Origin: Porphyridium purpureum
Taxonomy: Eukaryota
Direction of reading: 5' to 3'
NCBI GenBank assembly: GCA_008690995.1
Contig: VRMN01000005.1
Span: 186,001 to 250,000 of the forward strand
Length of the DNA: 64,000 nt
The notes beneath the pieces are model-generated. The model made no database searches and was not told where the DNA came from. It was given only the letters and a program-made list of their open reading frames with translations. The position numbers and the translations under genes are program-made. The first letter of the stretch is position 1, and every line of letters starts with the position of its first letter. This document shows positions 14,201-23,600 of the stretch, piece by piece.

Positions 14201-17200
14201 ACGAGCTGGGTATTTTGGCAATGCGTACAAGTTCCATCAAGAATACGGAGACAGGAATGGCGGACCCGACCAGAGTTCCCCCTACTGATGGGGGACGGGC
14301 CCAGTTTTCGACCGATATACCAATCGAGCTCTGTTTCATGGTTGAGCCCGGTAGGATCGCGATCAAGGACAAACCTGAGCTTGGTCCTATGCCTGAATTC
14401 TCAGTGGGCCCGCTAATAGACGGTGGACATGATAAAGCCCCATCTGGGGCGGCTGTGGCGACGAGCAAGCACATAGTTTCTTTTATGGCGCCCTCACTGG
14501 CAGTGCAAGCGCACGCATCACCGGTGCCGGGCTCTGTTTTTCTGCTGGACGTTGCGATTGGGGCGCATGAGGTACGGCTACCGGAAGGCGTCACACGGGC
14601 CGGTCATTTGATCGCGCTCCAGGTTGCACAGGTCATAGAAAAGCATAGACAGCAAACTCAACAATTCGAAAAAGTGAATAGCGGACGGCATGGAGCACGA
14701 CTTGCCGCGACCGCTATGGCGAAGGAGCGAAACCGAAGCAACTACACAGCGCCATCCGGGCATTCAGGAACAAGTGCTAAATGCAAAGAGCCTGTGCAGC
14801 GCTTTTCGAGCGACCCTGGAAGTATGGTGGAAAAAATGGATCTGCCAATGGAACGGAATCATGCAGAACAAGAATCCTCATCAACGGTTGGCCTGAAAGC
14901 AACCACAGAGCCGACAGGAAGCCTTGCGGCATCTGACCGCATCCCACCCAATGAAGCGTCGCCTCAAGTCAAGATCATTGCGCCTGGTCAAAGTTTGAGT
15001 ACACAGAGACGACGCGATGACGATGCCCTAGGGAGGTCGGATGAAAACGATAGAAAAACACAGCCGAGCGGAAACAGCGGTGCAGAGAAAGACGTGGACT
15101 CGGGTGCAGCAACGGCATCTTCCCTCGCGGCAGGGAGCGCCGGACTGATACAGCGCATTCCGGAGCTTATCCGCTCGTCTCCAAGTGCAAACGCGCCGGT
15201 TGCAACCGGAACGACTGTGGCTTCTCGAAAGAGCCAACGATTCTCCTTGGGAATGGGGTTGCATCCACGATCAGGCAAGCATGCTGAAGCAGATGATAGC
15301 GGAGACGCCAATGCGTCCTCGCTCGTGCGCGAAAGAACAGTTCGAACGTTGGCCAAATCAGTGCGCACAGTTTTTGGAGGATTTGCAGCCGAACCGGCGG
15401 CTGATCCTGGCAGCCCCCGTTCACCCAACTTGTGGCGCGGCCGTGAGGGTGTCAGCACCGAATTTGGAATTGGATGGGAGCTCACACCCGTTCCGGTGCG
15501 AGCCGCAGACAGGACAAGAACAGTCTCTCTGGAAAGGCAAGAGTTCGCAGCCTTGGGTATGAGCTCATCGCGGGAAGGCCCACGATCTGCGTCACGTGCG
15601 CACTCGCTTTCCGGGCCTCAGGTCTATGCCGTAGTGCGCATAGCTCCTTCCAGTGTGTCCTGGAAAGCATCGTGGGACCGGCCTTTGAACATGGAGTCGG
15701 CGTCTTCTTCTCTGCAACCATTGTTTCGGTACGAATGCCAGATGCAGGCTCCCCAAAAGATCGTCTTGGTGATGTGCACCGAAGGCGACGTGCCTCACTT
15801 TCGGCGGCGCGCTCTTCAGCGCACGCGGCAGATGGTTGTGAGCTCTCTGATTCCTTCACTCGTGGGTAGCTTGACGCCCGGTGTGGGCGCGGTCCGCAAG
15901 CAGCAGTCATTCACTTTGCGGGTCGTCGAGACGCTGGGTGTGATGGACGGACGTGCTGCGAGCGAAGTGCAAGGAATAGCACGCGTTGGCTCGCTTCAGG
16001 TGTCTGTGGATCTCATGACACTTCTTTTGCTTCTGAGAATCCGTGAGCAACAGCGGCAACAGCAACAGCAACAGCAGGAGTGGACGCAGGAAAAGGTACC
16101 AGGCAGGGCACACGATGCGGCTCCTCGAGGCTCGTCTGTACTGCGTCTGACATCGTCGTCTGTATTATTGGGAGCGGGCAGAGTATCATCGGATGACGTA
16201 GCTGAATCTGTGGCGACGGGCCCGTCTGCAGTGGAGGTTCCTTCCAGTGTATGGGTGCACATAGGCAGCCGCGCGAAAAGTAATGGTGGTTCGCGTGATG
16301 AGGCGAACGCTCAATCAAAGCTACTGGTGAGACTATCGAGTCCCACAGGAGCACTCGGGATCAGGTTTGATGCACTCACCATGCGTGGCTTGGGAAGGGG
16401 CGGAGATGAGGCAGACACGGCATGCATACATGGCTTGCGTGCGAAGCTCAAATGGGAGCAGCTCAAGCTGTCGTTGTCGCTCGGACTGGGCATTGCAGTC
16501 CGAGCAGAGGAGCGAAAGCTGCGCACAGGATCCACGCGACTTGAGCTTCTCGGGCGCTCATTCATGTCGACGCTGTCGCGCGCAGATGCGCACGTGCTTC
16601 GCGCGTCTGCCGGAATTTTGAAGTGCGTGGTTCGCAAGGCGCGCGCACGCAACGATAGCGGGGGCCTGGCCCGAAGCATAGTACTCAGAAACGATCACCT
16701 GCGGCTCGAGCTGATGCCAAACACTTTCACCGCGAGTGCGAGGCTCTCATCGTTGCTTTCGAGATTGCAACGAGAGGTCAGCGAAGAGCTCGACAACCAC
16801 CAGGCGGCGGTGTACAAGAGGCGCACCGCACGTCATGCGTCGTCCTTTGTGGTGGACTCGACGAACAGCAGCCCGTCAGATGGAGAAGACAGGACCATGG
16901 CCGCGACACCAGCAGCTCCCGAGCCCGTGTTTACTGGCACGTTTGAGCTGTGCTCGCAACGCGCGTGCCTGATATTTCACGGATTGACGTTCGAAGAGCC
17001 GCGACAGGTCGAGGCGCTTTTCCGTGAGCTGGATCTGACGCTGACGGACTGTGGGCACGGTGCGCCTGTGCTTCGCCGTCACAAGCTCCTGAATCTGTCG
17101 TTTTTGCGCTTGCAGGTCAGCAATATTCTGAGGTCTGGAGACCAGCGCCGGCCGATCATGATCCTGCCAAATCCGCATCTTTTGCTGAGTATGGTCGACC

Positions 17201-17718
17201 GCCTTGACGGCACGACGCTGGTCAGCTTTGAAAGCGAGTGGGCGTCTCCGTGGGAAATAAGCGGATTTCTCAGCCACTACAAGTTCATACAGGAGCTCAT
17301 GGGCTTGTACTCTGGTGAAGAAAGCTCGTCGCAGGATCTCGTTCACAGTACGGAATCGCGTTTGCCAGGGGAGGCCGAACATGCCCATGCGTCGCTCGCG
17401 CGCGGGCCGTCCGGCCCGTCGCTGGGCAGACTCAGATCCGGCCTACGGTGGCGGGAGCAGCCAGGTGTCATAGAGGTCATCGCGAATCGTTCAGAACTTC
17501 CATGGGGCGGACGCAACGTGGAATTCGGGACCGTGACGTTTGCGCCTCGTATTCGTCCATTAGGGGAGCTCAGCCCAGACTTTGACACCCTCTTGAGCTG
17601 GCTGGGCATTGAGCAGGGCCAGCTGCCCGAGTACACCTACAATCTACTGGTGTATCCGCTCAATGGCCTCGTGGAATTGGACGCAGAGTATCCCGTGGAG
17701 AAGACCTTGTCAAAATAG
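5212..17718 (+). CDS. Giant (4168 aa) bridge-like lipid transfer protein, BLTP1/KIAA1109/Csf1/Tweek-like
   Basis: Intronless 12.5-kb ORF with an N-terminal TM helix followed by VSILILSGRIKCRDVSY (Csf1-like N-terminus). Many beta-strand-like segments. The C-terminal PRIRPLGELSPDFDTLLSWLGIEQGQLPEYTYNLLVYPL resembles the Csf1/FSA_C terminus. Family assigned from remembered motifs. Confidence 0.72.
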   Translation: MATSIVLYVLSVLGLVLWFAVLPLLLPRLTGLFVTRALNQSLNHAVTDPRHRCWVRVRHVSILILSGRIKCRDVSYADGRVTMHVDVLTLCLAWWMPLYDSPPKPRAPGGGTGTRFDPNQAADRISFDADVPGSASEEAEDSAASAHCEALLKSFLEKTTVSASRPVRRSSFQTTDRQRPVALRLSGLNIRVYDRDLLFGGGAPTARASSSANAKSTVESGAPSLSSSTESKSAAPSPPLPQSEHGVCSNRDHAKSVGQSGPSGSKQRQDEYESPLLNDGNAAPELPKRHIGFEPFWSRMMCKVRVEIHVLCVCVHDLKAAPTLWVTAACGRVLYESASSKSPLDAFRMVPRVRLKRMAAYVAEQDELAKNPKPARDRGLSAKLNPVKETQTDYSGNRQRASASHPWESQGDGRSGSEQAIHTFDDFDTGSDAGASHFRLFKAQNVLLSGVVDQMESTLLLSDLEKVAASRGTPPQLSVDCVLEGFLSILSMDRLRLLQTLWSHYSPPSYADVIAVPYGQRQPLALEVSLNVCAVRNSPLLIIPYSPSAASWEGHPFFSKPSGSAGESEPRANGGLDVSHHHERGSRLNWLGIPFRSRTQPETVSSGQAKSSFATILKQAAEMTVAKRPLRVKQNNCELHVMQSGVPWSALMRIPFYGPTAESNDVNQSSAPSAPVYHTEIGLVAHSPTRMVSRGIVNATVCEIARMDICVVLENSCAWGAHARTFVSAQVSNGAVLLTRDTVRVLDDCWNHVVRPAPLQTVEAQRNSRESSCAVAFCDSALYDQLSVFVPNTTDIKLRASEVKFVLGANDHNIWDCVDVLVRPRGDPKICHDHLVNLHLVGPGAKGHIMEKSALVFRQARANVVGELQTGRIDQSLETPWTSISSELGTVRMVTIPQGANMTVQYVTELSQCVRIPDSLGHARVTASAHVAHMDGVINSRQVRYLLNVLQNYTGADTFSSQREQRDRRHGDRASSMQSSVPSRLREDGMAVHRVEARAPVSARIPGVKTVSVPKPYAFYVFLEVKMENVKFDIWPAPDAAWPKPDAWFSATPVIPLRMRLSGLVGVAKLSPGHQVTTIQMDPRLPLELFYSSCSRFNHHRCGTSEDNLTCAATKKEDYVVQLCTFSFVRESFFSRAHGGAVPGLACAPYYTKWSIDVGDVRGCVCVGQLDTALAIFALVDPVNEHYNATEDLTQKMTGLSVSRVTFGTMEVFVDLLDGQSLDGDSNFDSEESRCRAFALVSAGKRAIEWRGSNLASASACTWSELNVSALAMHVFVDSWPRDSGQSTESSKGGSIPSQLDRDSRKGDANTFQRFKSAVRSSTSGTGLDARARWKVAFDSNVEFAYVSESSLPEWALVDARWQREVIRQSIETEKMRMAKSGGEAPFELRRLVIITNSLLSVGSSMSSPVLQPPSLKGRKFHCEEDWALTILSERDAVYRKDLNLSVAKHEEHPAASRTHARTLPYMDGEGFSERAELSPSSFMKTDDGSPHSELGPALVQLKSSLVLPKPLRMVLCPEVLEILHALQARRLAALVAQPQNQTLAAGLLALWSAAAKIWIAQDREESELPHVFAFHLCGIEIRLIDVFPPKAKGLEGDFDHSHSVLADTSAPRKLSPEGEAATILRCGRIQGFRKTTMTADTLRSVVDCVMDTCAVLVEDKAGASTPLIQVTACEATFQRRVAFLHDGIKDTSGASSPHIPRERDPGRGRVGIRRVELLPMRPEAMRQMITHWVLWLDCVRELRLVYTVMERVLWSMEKKLVDLLVSIWDVQNTAGIHATTGNGNRQRMLLDTSPLALFHAAGSQAEIAQPESTSSPLSNPLRVDPTNLLELPDVHVTKLVGLLCKHRTSSVLEDSSAAPAFRRSTLDLQLRSIVMYVGLRKALHVRQVRCTLNDGCKQKGQSDLAEVDMFECRRITGILDFDDVQSVLIACEPVASRLSRRSRARYEHLVFRPSTLAFFWRVLEGKIEYRPASSSAIEIGADAASGLRLGTSVAPTECALIAEAGHKERHANDHIFKVEEDGNRAWPDIGSGSGQQSHQLEPLRGEENFQAYSEINAAGMNLHSGFDDGSLAWGWRSLLVAPRKDSHGGHGQGCDHDNGMKGALDQKDTTKWMSDETQATRTGPSEGEHSGSLPAIIWRLRRVLSLKHEDRSPTAASKSPRARIHPYESGTGSVHDEKPALPAWAPRAPDFPHALDRITGFLQAYWRGQDDDETAVAPGAGAEAVFRARVLGLDEHSVRVTIVSVCTARLVLRSSEKKPKLLDSPSQLEMLIERAGLVRRVTSRIECAQASIRRIHVSLDTLAGPLMRVFSDEAAFSASRAGAIRVLSLEPGNIVEEGLTFPTPKSIFATVRSFSASIESESLLDRFAFGSYFVVSWRRLYNRLLLVLGAFAENSDRADVQRSSVTKTERPMAGLSSGSFPRSDAASTSLRMNVSRQTVSLLDTVLRKKTPATRSNAREIDRQVSRRALSYTTRADTGVSLGVLAINTLVVTLRSRLEYPFRYTVQNAHGSYFAQMDLSRSRNISSSSSSSSSSSRGDSSMLLIGADRQELTVHWHQSPIVRLTLPLLDLTAYKLERKSALASEFGRELVMWTVQVHMLEWVQIFSPSELQVIALSVAILGLDFRKASDRRLDNALDQLMHDAKMSVMHFQSQRGQRSTRSSATFLLRNPGTKAIEAEVNRCVVFRFSVDCQRVRVGMRVRSTVTSEAKLAVADVHGIRFNLENSGVSGMLRCSLDLARNAVSMRCGPAGTSGTTRAAMSGVQVRNVKFGLSYELAVSDELSQSLQHRICARVEMTDIVLVRLQPNVLVVLEELADAVRFRDAQPIDLARGGTKTRLSRLASFHVALALVVKRVFVQVPIPHHSLRSPNVIGSQLLTNVNPPKPEYVGMELLEFSAVVKVHMHEARTNPVPRNRLENLGNVFYQPAIEGSWGTVVGIKGSVLRLSRARVVFAEVRNMQVDIGQTENGSIKPDLVCVHVLLGPWCVFLHAPIILSVYELGILAMRTSSIKNTETGMADPTRVPPTDGGRAQFSTDIPIELCFMVEPGRIAIKDKPELGPMPEFSVGPLIDGGHDKAPSGAAVATSKHIVSFMAPSLAVQAHASPVPGSVFLLDVAIGAHEVRLPEGVTRAGHLIALQVAQVIEKHRQQTQQFEKVNSGRHGARLAATAMAKERNRSNYTAPSGHSGTSAKCKEPVQRFSSDPGSMVEKMDLPMERNHAEQESSSTVGLKATTEPTGSLAASDRIPPNEASPQVKIIAPGQSLSTQRRRDDDALGRSDENDRKTQPSGNSGAEKDVDSGAATASSLAAGSAGLIQRIPELIRSSPSANAPVATGTTVASRKSQRFSLGMGLHPRSGKHAEADDSGDANASSLVRERTVRTLAKSVRTVFGGFAAEPAADPGSPRSPNLWRGREGVSTEFGIGWELTPVPVRAADRTRTVSLERQEFAALGMSSSREGPRSASRAHSLSGPQVYAVVRIAPSSVSWKASWDRPLNMESASSSLQPLFRYECQMQAPQKIVLVMCTEGDVPHFRRRALQRTRQMVVSSLIPSLVGSLTPGVGAVRKQQSFTLRVVETLGVMDGRAASEVQGIARVGSLQVSVDLMTLLLLLRIREQQRQQQQQQQEWTQEKVPGRAHDAAPRGSSVLRLTSSSVLLGAGRVSSDDVAESVATGPSAVEVPSSVWVHIGSRAKSNGGSRDEANAQSKLLVRLSSPTGALGIRFDALTMRGLGRGGDEADTACIHGLRAKLKWEQLKLSLSLGLGIAVRAEERKLRTGSTRLELLGRSFMSTLSRADAHVLRASAGILKCVVRKARARNDSGGLARSIVLRNDHLRLELMPNTFTASARLSSLLSRLQREVSEELDNHQAAVYKRRTARHASSFVVDSTNSSPSDGEDRTMAATPAAPEPVFTGTFELCSQRACLIFHGLTFEEPRQVEALFRELDLTLTDCGHGAPVLRRHKLLNLSFLRLQVSNILRSGDQRRPIMILPNPHLLLSMVDRLDGTTLVSFESEWASPWEISGFLSHYKFIQELMGLYSGEESSSQDLVHSTESRLPGEAEHAHASLARGPSGPSLGRLRSGLRWREQPGVIEVIANRSELPWGGRNVEFGTVTFAPRIRPLGELSPDFDTLLSWLGIEQGQLPEYTYNLLVYPLNGLVELDAEYPVEKTLSK

Positions 17719-18040
17719 GAAGCACCGGGGTTTCTGCCGTGTTCGCGGAGGCGCCTCGCATTGCGAACAGGTTTGCACGCTGACAAGATGGCTTCCTGAG
17801 ACCAAGAAAAGGTCCAGGATACAGATGGGCATGCAATGGCGCTGTCATACGTAGAGAAAAAGCAGATGATAGAGTCCGGTCGGATCGAGGCCCGTCACCC
17901 TGATGAACGAAGGCCTCGTGCCGTTTCGGCAGACTGTACTAAAGAATTCCATTTAAATCTGCATGCTTGAAGATGACATGGACGTATCGGATGACACCAT
18001 CACGGATGACTCGAGCGAGCGGAAAGAAAAAAAAAGAAGG

Positions 18041-21000
18041 GGGGTAAACGACAGGATCGATCGAGTACAGTTAGAAAACGACAAAACCAACCAGAAACCG
18101 GCAAACCTTGTCAAGATGTAGGTGTCTAATCTCGCTCCGAGCGCCCCGGTTAACACGAAGGAGTTGCAACAACAATGTTCACTTGTGAAGGTCTGTCGGG
18201 AAACAAACAACATAAACTCCTTACCCGACAGCCCCAGTCCGCGGCCGCTAAGGCGGACGCATTGGTCCTTTAATCGCACACTGAATCGTAGCCATACGGT
18301 GGCCACAGCCAGCGGCGCGCATATCCATCTACAAAAGCTAGGCTTCATAATCGAGCTTGAGCCAACACAAGACTAGCCAAAACATGGATAAAGTTTAAGA
18401 GGTACACCGAAAATGTTTCAGTGCATGGCTTCTCGTGGGCCAGCATTGGTTTACGCGCCAAGGCTGTGTTGACAAGCGGGCTATCGAGTTCGGAAAAGCT
18501 GTGCAGCGATCGGGGAATAAGACAAGGCGACGCACTCTTCTTTCTTCCATGGCCGTCTTTCAGGAACTTCGCAAGCTTAAGCTTTCACTGGATGAGTGTG
18601 TGCTCATCGTCAGGGTGGTTCACTAAGCGAGTGCAAAATATTGCCCTTTTCGGTCGCAAAGGAGAATTTTTTCTTTTCTTTTCCGATCCTGCAAGTTCGA
18701 GGCGTGTTTGAGGGACTCTGCAGCCACAACGAAGTGCGCACTACATTCCGCAAGTGTACTCGCACATTCTTGTGACGTCCCACAACTATTACAGGCGAGA
18801 CGGCTGGCCGCAGAACTAACCAACCGGCGATTTCGCATGCCGACAAATCCTCTGCGATCAGCTGAAGCATCAAAACTTCTACGCCTGGTTGCCAGTGATA
18901 GCGGGCAAAGAGTGTCGGCAACCGTCGCCGGTCTTTCACTGGCGAGCAATCTTTTCGAAATGTTGGCAAGATTAGGATTGCAAGTCAATGTACCATCGAA
19001 ATTACTTCCGGTGCGGACTATTTATTCAAGCGTCTTGGAACACGTAGACTTCCTGAAAGGTGGCTCGAACACGTACAAATTTCGGACGAAAATTAATGCA
19101 ATGATGCAGTATGTTTGCCGCGCAGAAGAGGCGGCTGGATTCTGTCGTTCACAGTTGCGACTGCGAACAAAGTCAAGAAGAAATCCATTTGACCGTGACG
19201 CCCCACAGCAAGAGTTGTACAGTGGGTCTTCGTTTGTTCCCGGGTATGCCAAAACACTCGCGGAGTCGGGCAAACTCCGGCCGTGGTGCTGCGTTGACGC
19301 TACGTTTGCTCGATCGACAGTGGAAGGTGCCGGGAACTACATGTTTCTTGTGACATTGGACGCGGATGACGCTCTCATTGTCTTGGCTTTAGCGCATACT
19401 ACTGGGAACGAAGATGTTCCGGCATGGTCCTTCGCTCTCGACCACTGCATTCAATCGCTGCCGGCGTCCTTTGCTCCTCGCCATTTTGATCACTTCGTCG
19501 TGACCAGCGATACCGGAAAGGCGCTAGAGTCGGATGAGATCCAAACTCTCCTGAGAAGCAAAATTCAGGGCTACAAATGGAGTAGCTGCACTTTCCATAC
19601 TGCGCAGAATGTAGCCAAAAAATGGGGCAAGGAAGCGTGTGAGTCTTTCAAGAAGTGGCTTGGAGTGTTGACGGAAGAGGGCTGGAGCCGAGCCTGGCAA
19701 TTCTTCGCGGCGCAGCATCCGGAGGCAGCCGCGTGGTTACCTCCACAAGAACAATGGCATCCAGTATCGCTACCTCACGCGACAATGGGAAGAATTTCTT
19801 CACAAGCCGTAGAATCCACGAATCATCATCTCGAGAGCGTCCGCGGTGTGTGTGCATTGTTTGCCCTGCGTGAAACGGTTACTCACACAGCGGCGCGGTT
19901 CGAGATTACGGCGGAAAAGCCGAAAAGAGCAGCTCTGCTCAAACCGAGTCGTGAGTGCAAACGCGCTGAAGCAGAGAAGATTCCTTTTATTGTCGTACGG
20001 GAGTTGCCAAGTCATGGACTTGAAGACTTGGTCCACGTTACACTGTCTACTGCTACAGGCGGTCAGCATGTCATGCAGGTCGCCTTGGACCTGTCTGCGT
20101 ATGATTGCGCATGTGGGTATGCAAAAACTTACGGCGAACCATGCAATCACATATGATTTTGTACGAAGCATACTCCACCGGATGTGTCCCACCTAATGTC
20201 ACCGTGCCGAACTGCTTCGGCCTACTGCTAGACGTATTCAGCGAACGTCGTACGGCACGCAAGATTACTGTCAACCAAACTTCAATTACTGGATGTGAAT
20301 GAGCTCGAAAGCTTTGACAGTTCTTCGTTCGTTTGTGGAGTTTCGAGCTGTTGCACGCCGGCCACTGGATACGCTATTTGTCGGCGACCAGGACGCTCGC
20401 ACGCAATTGCGCGAATAGTACCGGAGCACGAACAACTACGTCGAGACACACGTCGGCCTCAGAGGTGCCGGAATTGTGGCCTCACTGGTCATAAACGATC
20501 GACTTGTCAGAGCTTTCGTGAAGCGGTCGGGTGGGGCTTGGTGGCGTCTGGCTCAGTGCAAAGTTCAATGTTTACTGCTTCGAACACTGCCGACGCTGCT
20601 CAACGCCGGCCATCTCGCTGTTCAAGATGCCAGAGCGCAGGACACAATCGTCGCTTTCGGGGGTGCCCTGGATTGCCAGACAATACGGGTCTAGCACGTA
20701 CAATATAAAATTGCGGACGCGTTATCACCACAACAAGTTCAGTCTTTTGTGGACAAGCAATTTCTTCGCATGCTCGTTTCAGCACGTGCATAGTTCCAAT
20801 AATTGGAGCGACAAACTCTCGCCATTGTCTCGGCCGTCCCCGCAAAACGACTTTGATCACTCTTAAACCAACTCAGATACTGCAAGTCTCTGTGGTAAAA
20901 AGCTACAATGAAGTGAAATTTATCGATAGTGAAACAGTGTGCCTTGTCATAGATCGAAAGATTTTCGGTGTACCTCTAAAACTTTCTCCATGTTATGGTC

Positions 21001-21078
21001 AAACTTGAAGCGGTGTATCCATTTCTGGTGCTCTTTGTCGTTCTTTAACGGTCCTTGGTCGATTCTACCTTTTAGCCC
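18041..21078 (+). mobile_element. Mutator-like (MULE) DNA transposon, about 3.0 kb, with TIRs of about 120 bp
   Basis: 18041-18119 and 18377-18419 align with the reverse complement of 21078-20956; 18377-18414 vs 20998-20961 match at 35/38 nt. Termini are GGG.../...CCC. Flanks are AAG(A)9GAA and AAG(A)19GAA. Contains a MULE transposase. Confidence 0.8.
18435..20708 (+). pseudogene. MULE transposase broken into several frames (main ORF 18708-20156; zinc knuckles 20295-20708)
   Basis: DDE core (CVDATF, VTLDADD, VTSDTGKAL, CTFHTAQN, SQAVESTNH), SWIM finger (CACG...GEPCNH), then a stop or frameshift, then two CCHC-like knuckles (CRNCGLTGHKRSTC; CSRCQSAGHNRRFRGC). Confidence 0.82.
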
Positions 21079-21349
21079 AAGAAAAAAAAAAAAAAAAAAA
21101 GAAAGAAAAAATTGAAAAAGAATTGAAAAAAAAATAAAATTCCTAATCACGAAAGCGAAGCAGCACCGTGAAGAGTCGCGAAACAGTGCCCGGGATCCGA
21201 TGCGTGGGAAATTTAACGTACCCATCTAGTACTGAACCGCTTTGCATCGGTACAGACTGCATCGGCCTTCACATTCGCAATGTGTCGTAAAGGACAAGGC
21301 CGCCGTTTGCCTTCAGTGCTTCAGGAGCACCGAAACCACCAGACAAGAT

Positions 21350-23600
21350 ATGCAACTGGCGCTGCTACAGGGCGTTGTGAAGGGCCCCAGGTTTTCCAAC
21401 GAGCACGCCCAGGCGTCCGGAACCGGAAGAAACATTTCATCTGTCCACTCCCTTTGCAAACTTCCTTACCCCGGCTTCCACTTCTACTGCTTCGCGGAGA
21501 TCCATGGGAGCACACAGGTTCAAGCCTGGTAAATAGTAGCCACCGTTGCTGACGCGAGCTAAAGCCCGAGAAAAATGTTACTTCAAATCGCCGAGCGGTC
21601 CACCATACATTCCACAGATCGCAACCTGGCCGGCCTTCTCAAGTAGCGACTCGACCAGCACCAACTAGCCGGTACGCGACTCCAGCTTTTGATTGCCACA
21701 CAATAACAGCTCATGAGCTGGAGTCAAAAATTTGTGGACTATGGGAAAAGCGAAGAGATGTTTGTGGAAACGTCCCGATAACTCGATTGATGATATTATT
21801 CAAGTGCGCCGTACCCCTGGGTGTATACCTAGGGCGTTTGTGTCGTCGGAACATTCACACGCAGGGTTCTTCGTTGTTTTCTCGCCCAAATTGAAACCGG
21901 ACAAACCAGACGCAAGAGACAATAGGACGAAGAAACAAGAAAGCAGGTGTTAGAGCGAAAACTTTCACGTTTAGAGGGACCACAGGTTGCTTTTTTCGTC
22001 GGCAGCCGCAGGACCGGTCTCGATAGGGGGCAGAGTGATGTAACCCTTTTCAGGGCCAGATGTCATATACCCTCTCCCGGACAGACTTTCCGGCGGCGCT
22101 CTGGTACACAAGCACTGCAAATCCCGCCACGCTTTCCGACGACCGCTCACCTCTTCTTCCTTTTTATTTTTCCCTTACCTTCTCTTACCACCTCGAAAAA
22201 CTACCTGGCGGTCTACCGCTCCTATAGCCAGAGTCGGCTCGAGGAAAACATCTCCACGGAAAAACCGGAGGAGAAAAACCTCCGCCGAGTCTCGGCACTG
22301 CGTATCAAAATGTCCCAGGTTATCAGCTGTCAAGCTTCCAACTTCCGCGTCCCAACGGCGGCTTTGTGCCCGCCGCTTCCAAGTCAGCCTTCTCGAAACA
22401 TCCGCTAACACTTTCCTCCGCAACACATCCGCCATTTCCAAAACCCATTACCTGATCCCCTCGGCTCTCGGCGCCAGCGAGCTGTACTTTTCCATGTTTT
22501 TGCTAAGTGTGAAGAAATCGCTGGACGCCCCAACGACAAGGCCAACAGCGGATTGGTCCCTGTCATTAAGATACCGCGACTGGATGGGCTGGGCAGCGGC
22601 ATGCCACGGGGAGAGCAGGATCGCCCCATGGCGACGATGTGAGAGGGGCCGCGACCCCTCATCTCCACTCGTCCGGTGCATCCATAGACCCGTGCCCTCA
22701 TTTTCGCGGTGAGAAATCATGCGGCGGCTCTATTTAGCCGTCAGCCGTCGCCCACCTGGCGACGCGGTTCCACATGCACAGAGTTCTAGAGTAAGGGCTT
22801 CGGGTTGAGTATAAGATGACCTTTTTCTACAATCTCCGCCACACCGTGGCTCCTACCTCTCAAGACTAAGGTCACTTTTTCGTCACAGTAAAGTAAATTG
22901 CCATTCGAAAAAAGAAGCCTCCTACAATTCTTTCTTTCTGAACTTTGGTTGTTTTGTATGCGAAAAAGTGCTCCAGCCTCAGAACAGAAGGCTGAAGAAG
23001 GGTTAGGATACACTGCGAAACAGTGGATCAAGATGAATAGAAAACCCAACCTCGCGCGAACCGTGAAATGATTTGACAGAAGCGAAATCGAATCGGATTG
23101 CCCCACTTGCCTGTGCCATCACGTCGCGCAACATTACTACTTACGATATGGCACGATTGTATATAGATTGTCAATGTAGCCTGCTCGGTGACTTACCACG
23201 CAGCAAGTACAGTACTCTTCAGCCCGGCCACGGTCGTTCGTTGTCTTTGACACTTCAACAGTTTACTGACAAGCAAACCCTAGAAGTTCTCGAAAATCTG
23301 TCGTCGTGATTACTGTACTCATGTATTTTCAGAGGCGTCTCACAACTGTCGGTTGTTTCAAGTTCCTGAACAACATAATAGCGCGACCCATATCTTGGTG
23401 GTCGCGCGCAGGGGAAAAAGGTAAGATAAAAATTAGTAAAGCGTGCGAGAGAAATCTTACGGCAAAGTTCAAAGTGCGAAAGAGGGGACCACCCGGAACG
23501 CGCAGGAACACCATGGAGCCCATGACCAGACGGTCCTCGGCCCGTAGCTTCACTCCCACGCTCTTGAAGATATCTTCCGGGACGCAATCCCGAATAATGC
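21350..23600 (-). mobile_element. Highly degenerate Ty3/gypsy-like pol relic (RT, RNase H, integrase traces)
   Basis: Minus-strand fragments in Ty3 order: MLRDVMAQASGAIRFDFASVKSFH and AVYPNPSSAFCSEAGALFR (RT-like), SRYLNDRDQSAVG and EGIR*WVLEMADVLRR (RNase H-like), MVDRSAI*SNIF (integrase-like). Many stops and frameshifts; boundaries approximate. Confidence 0.5.
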
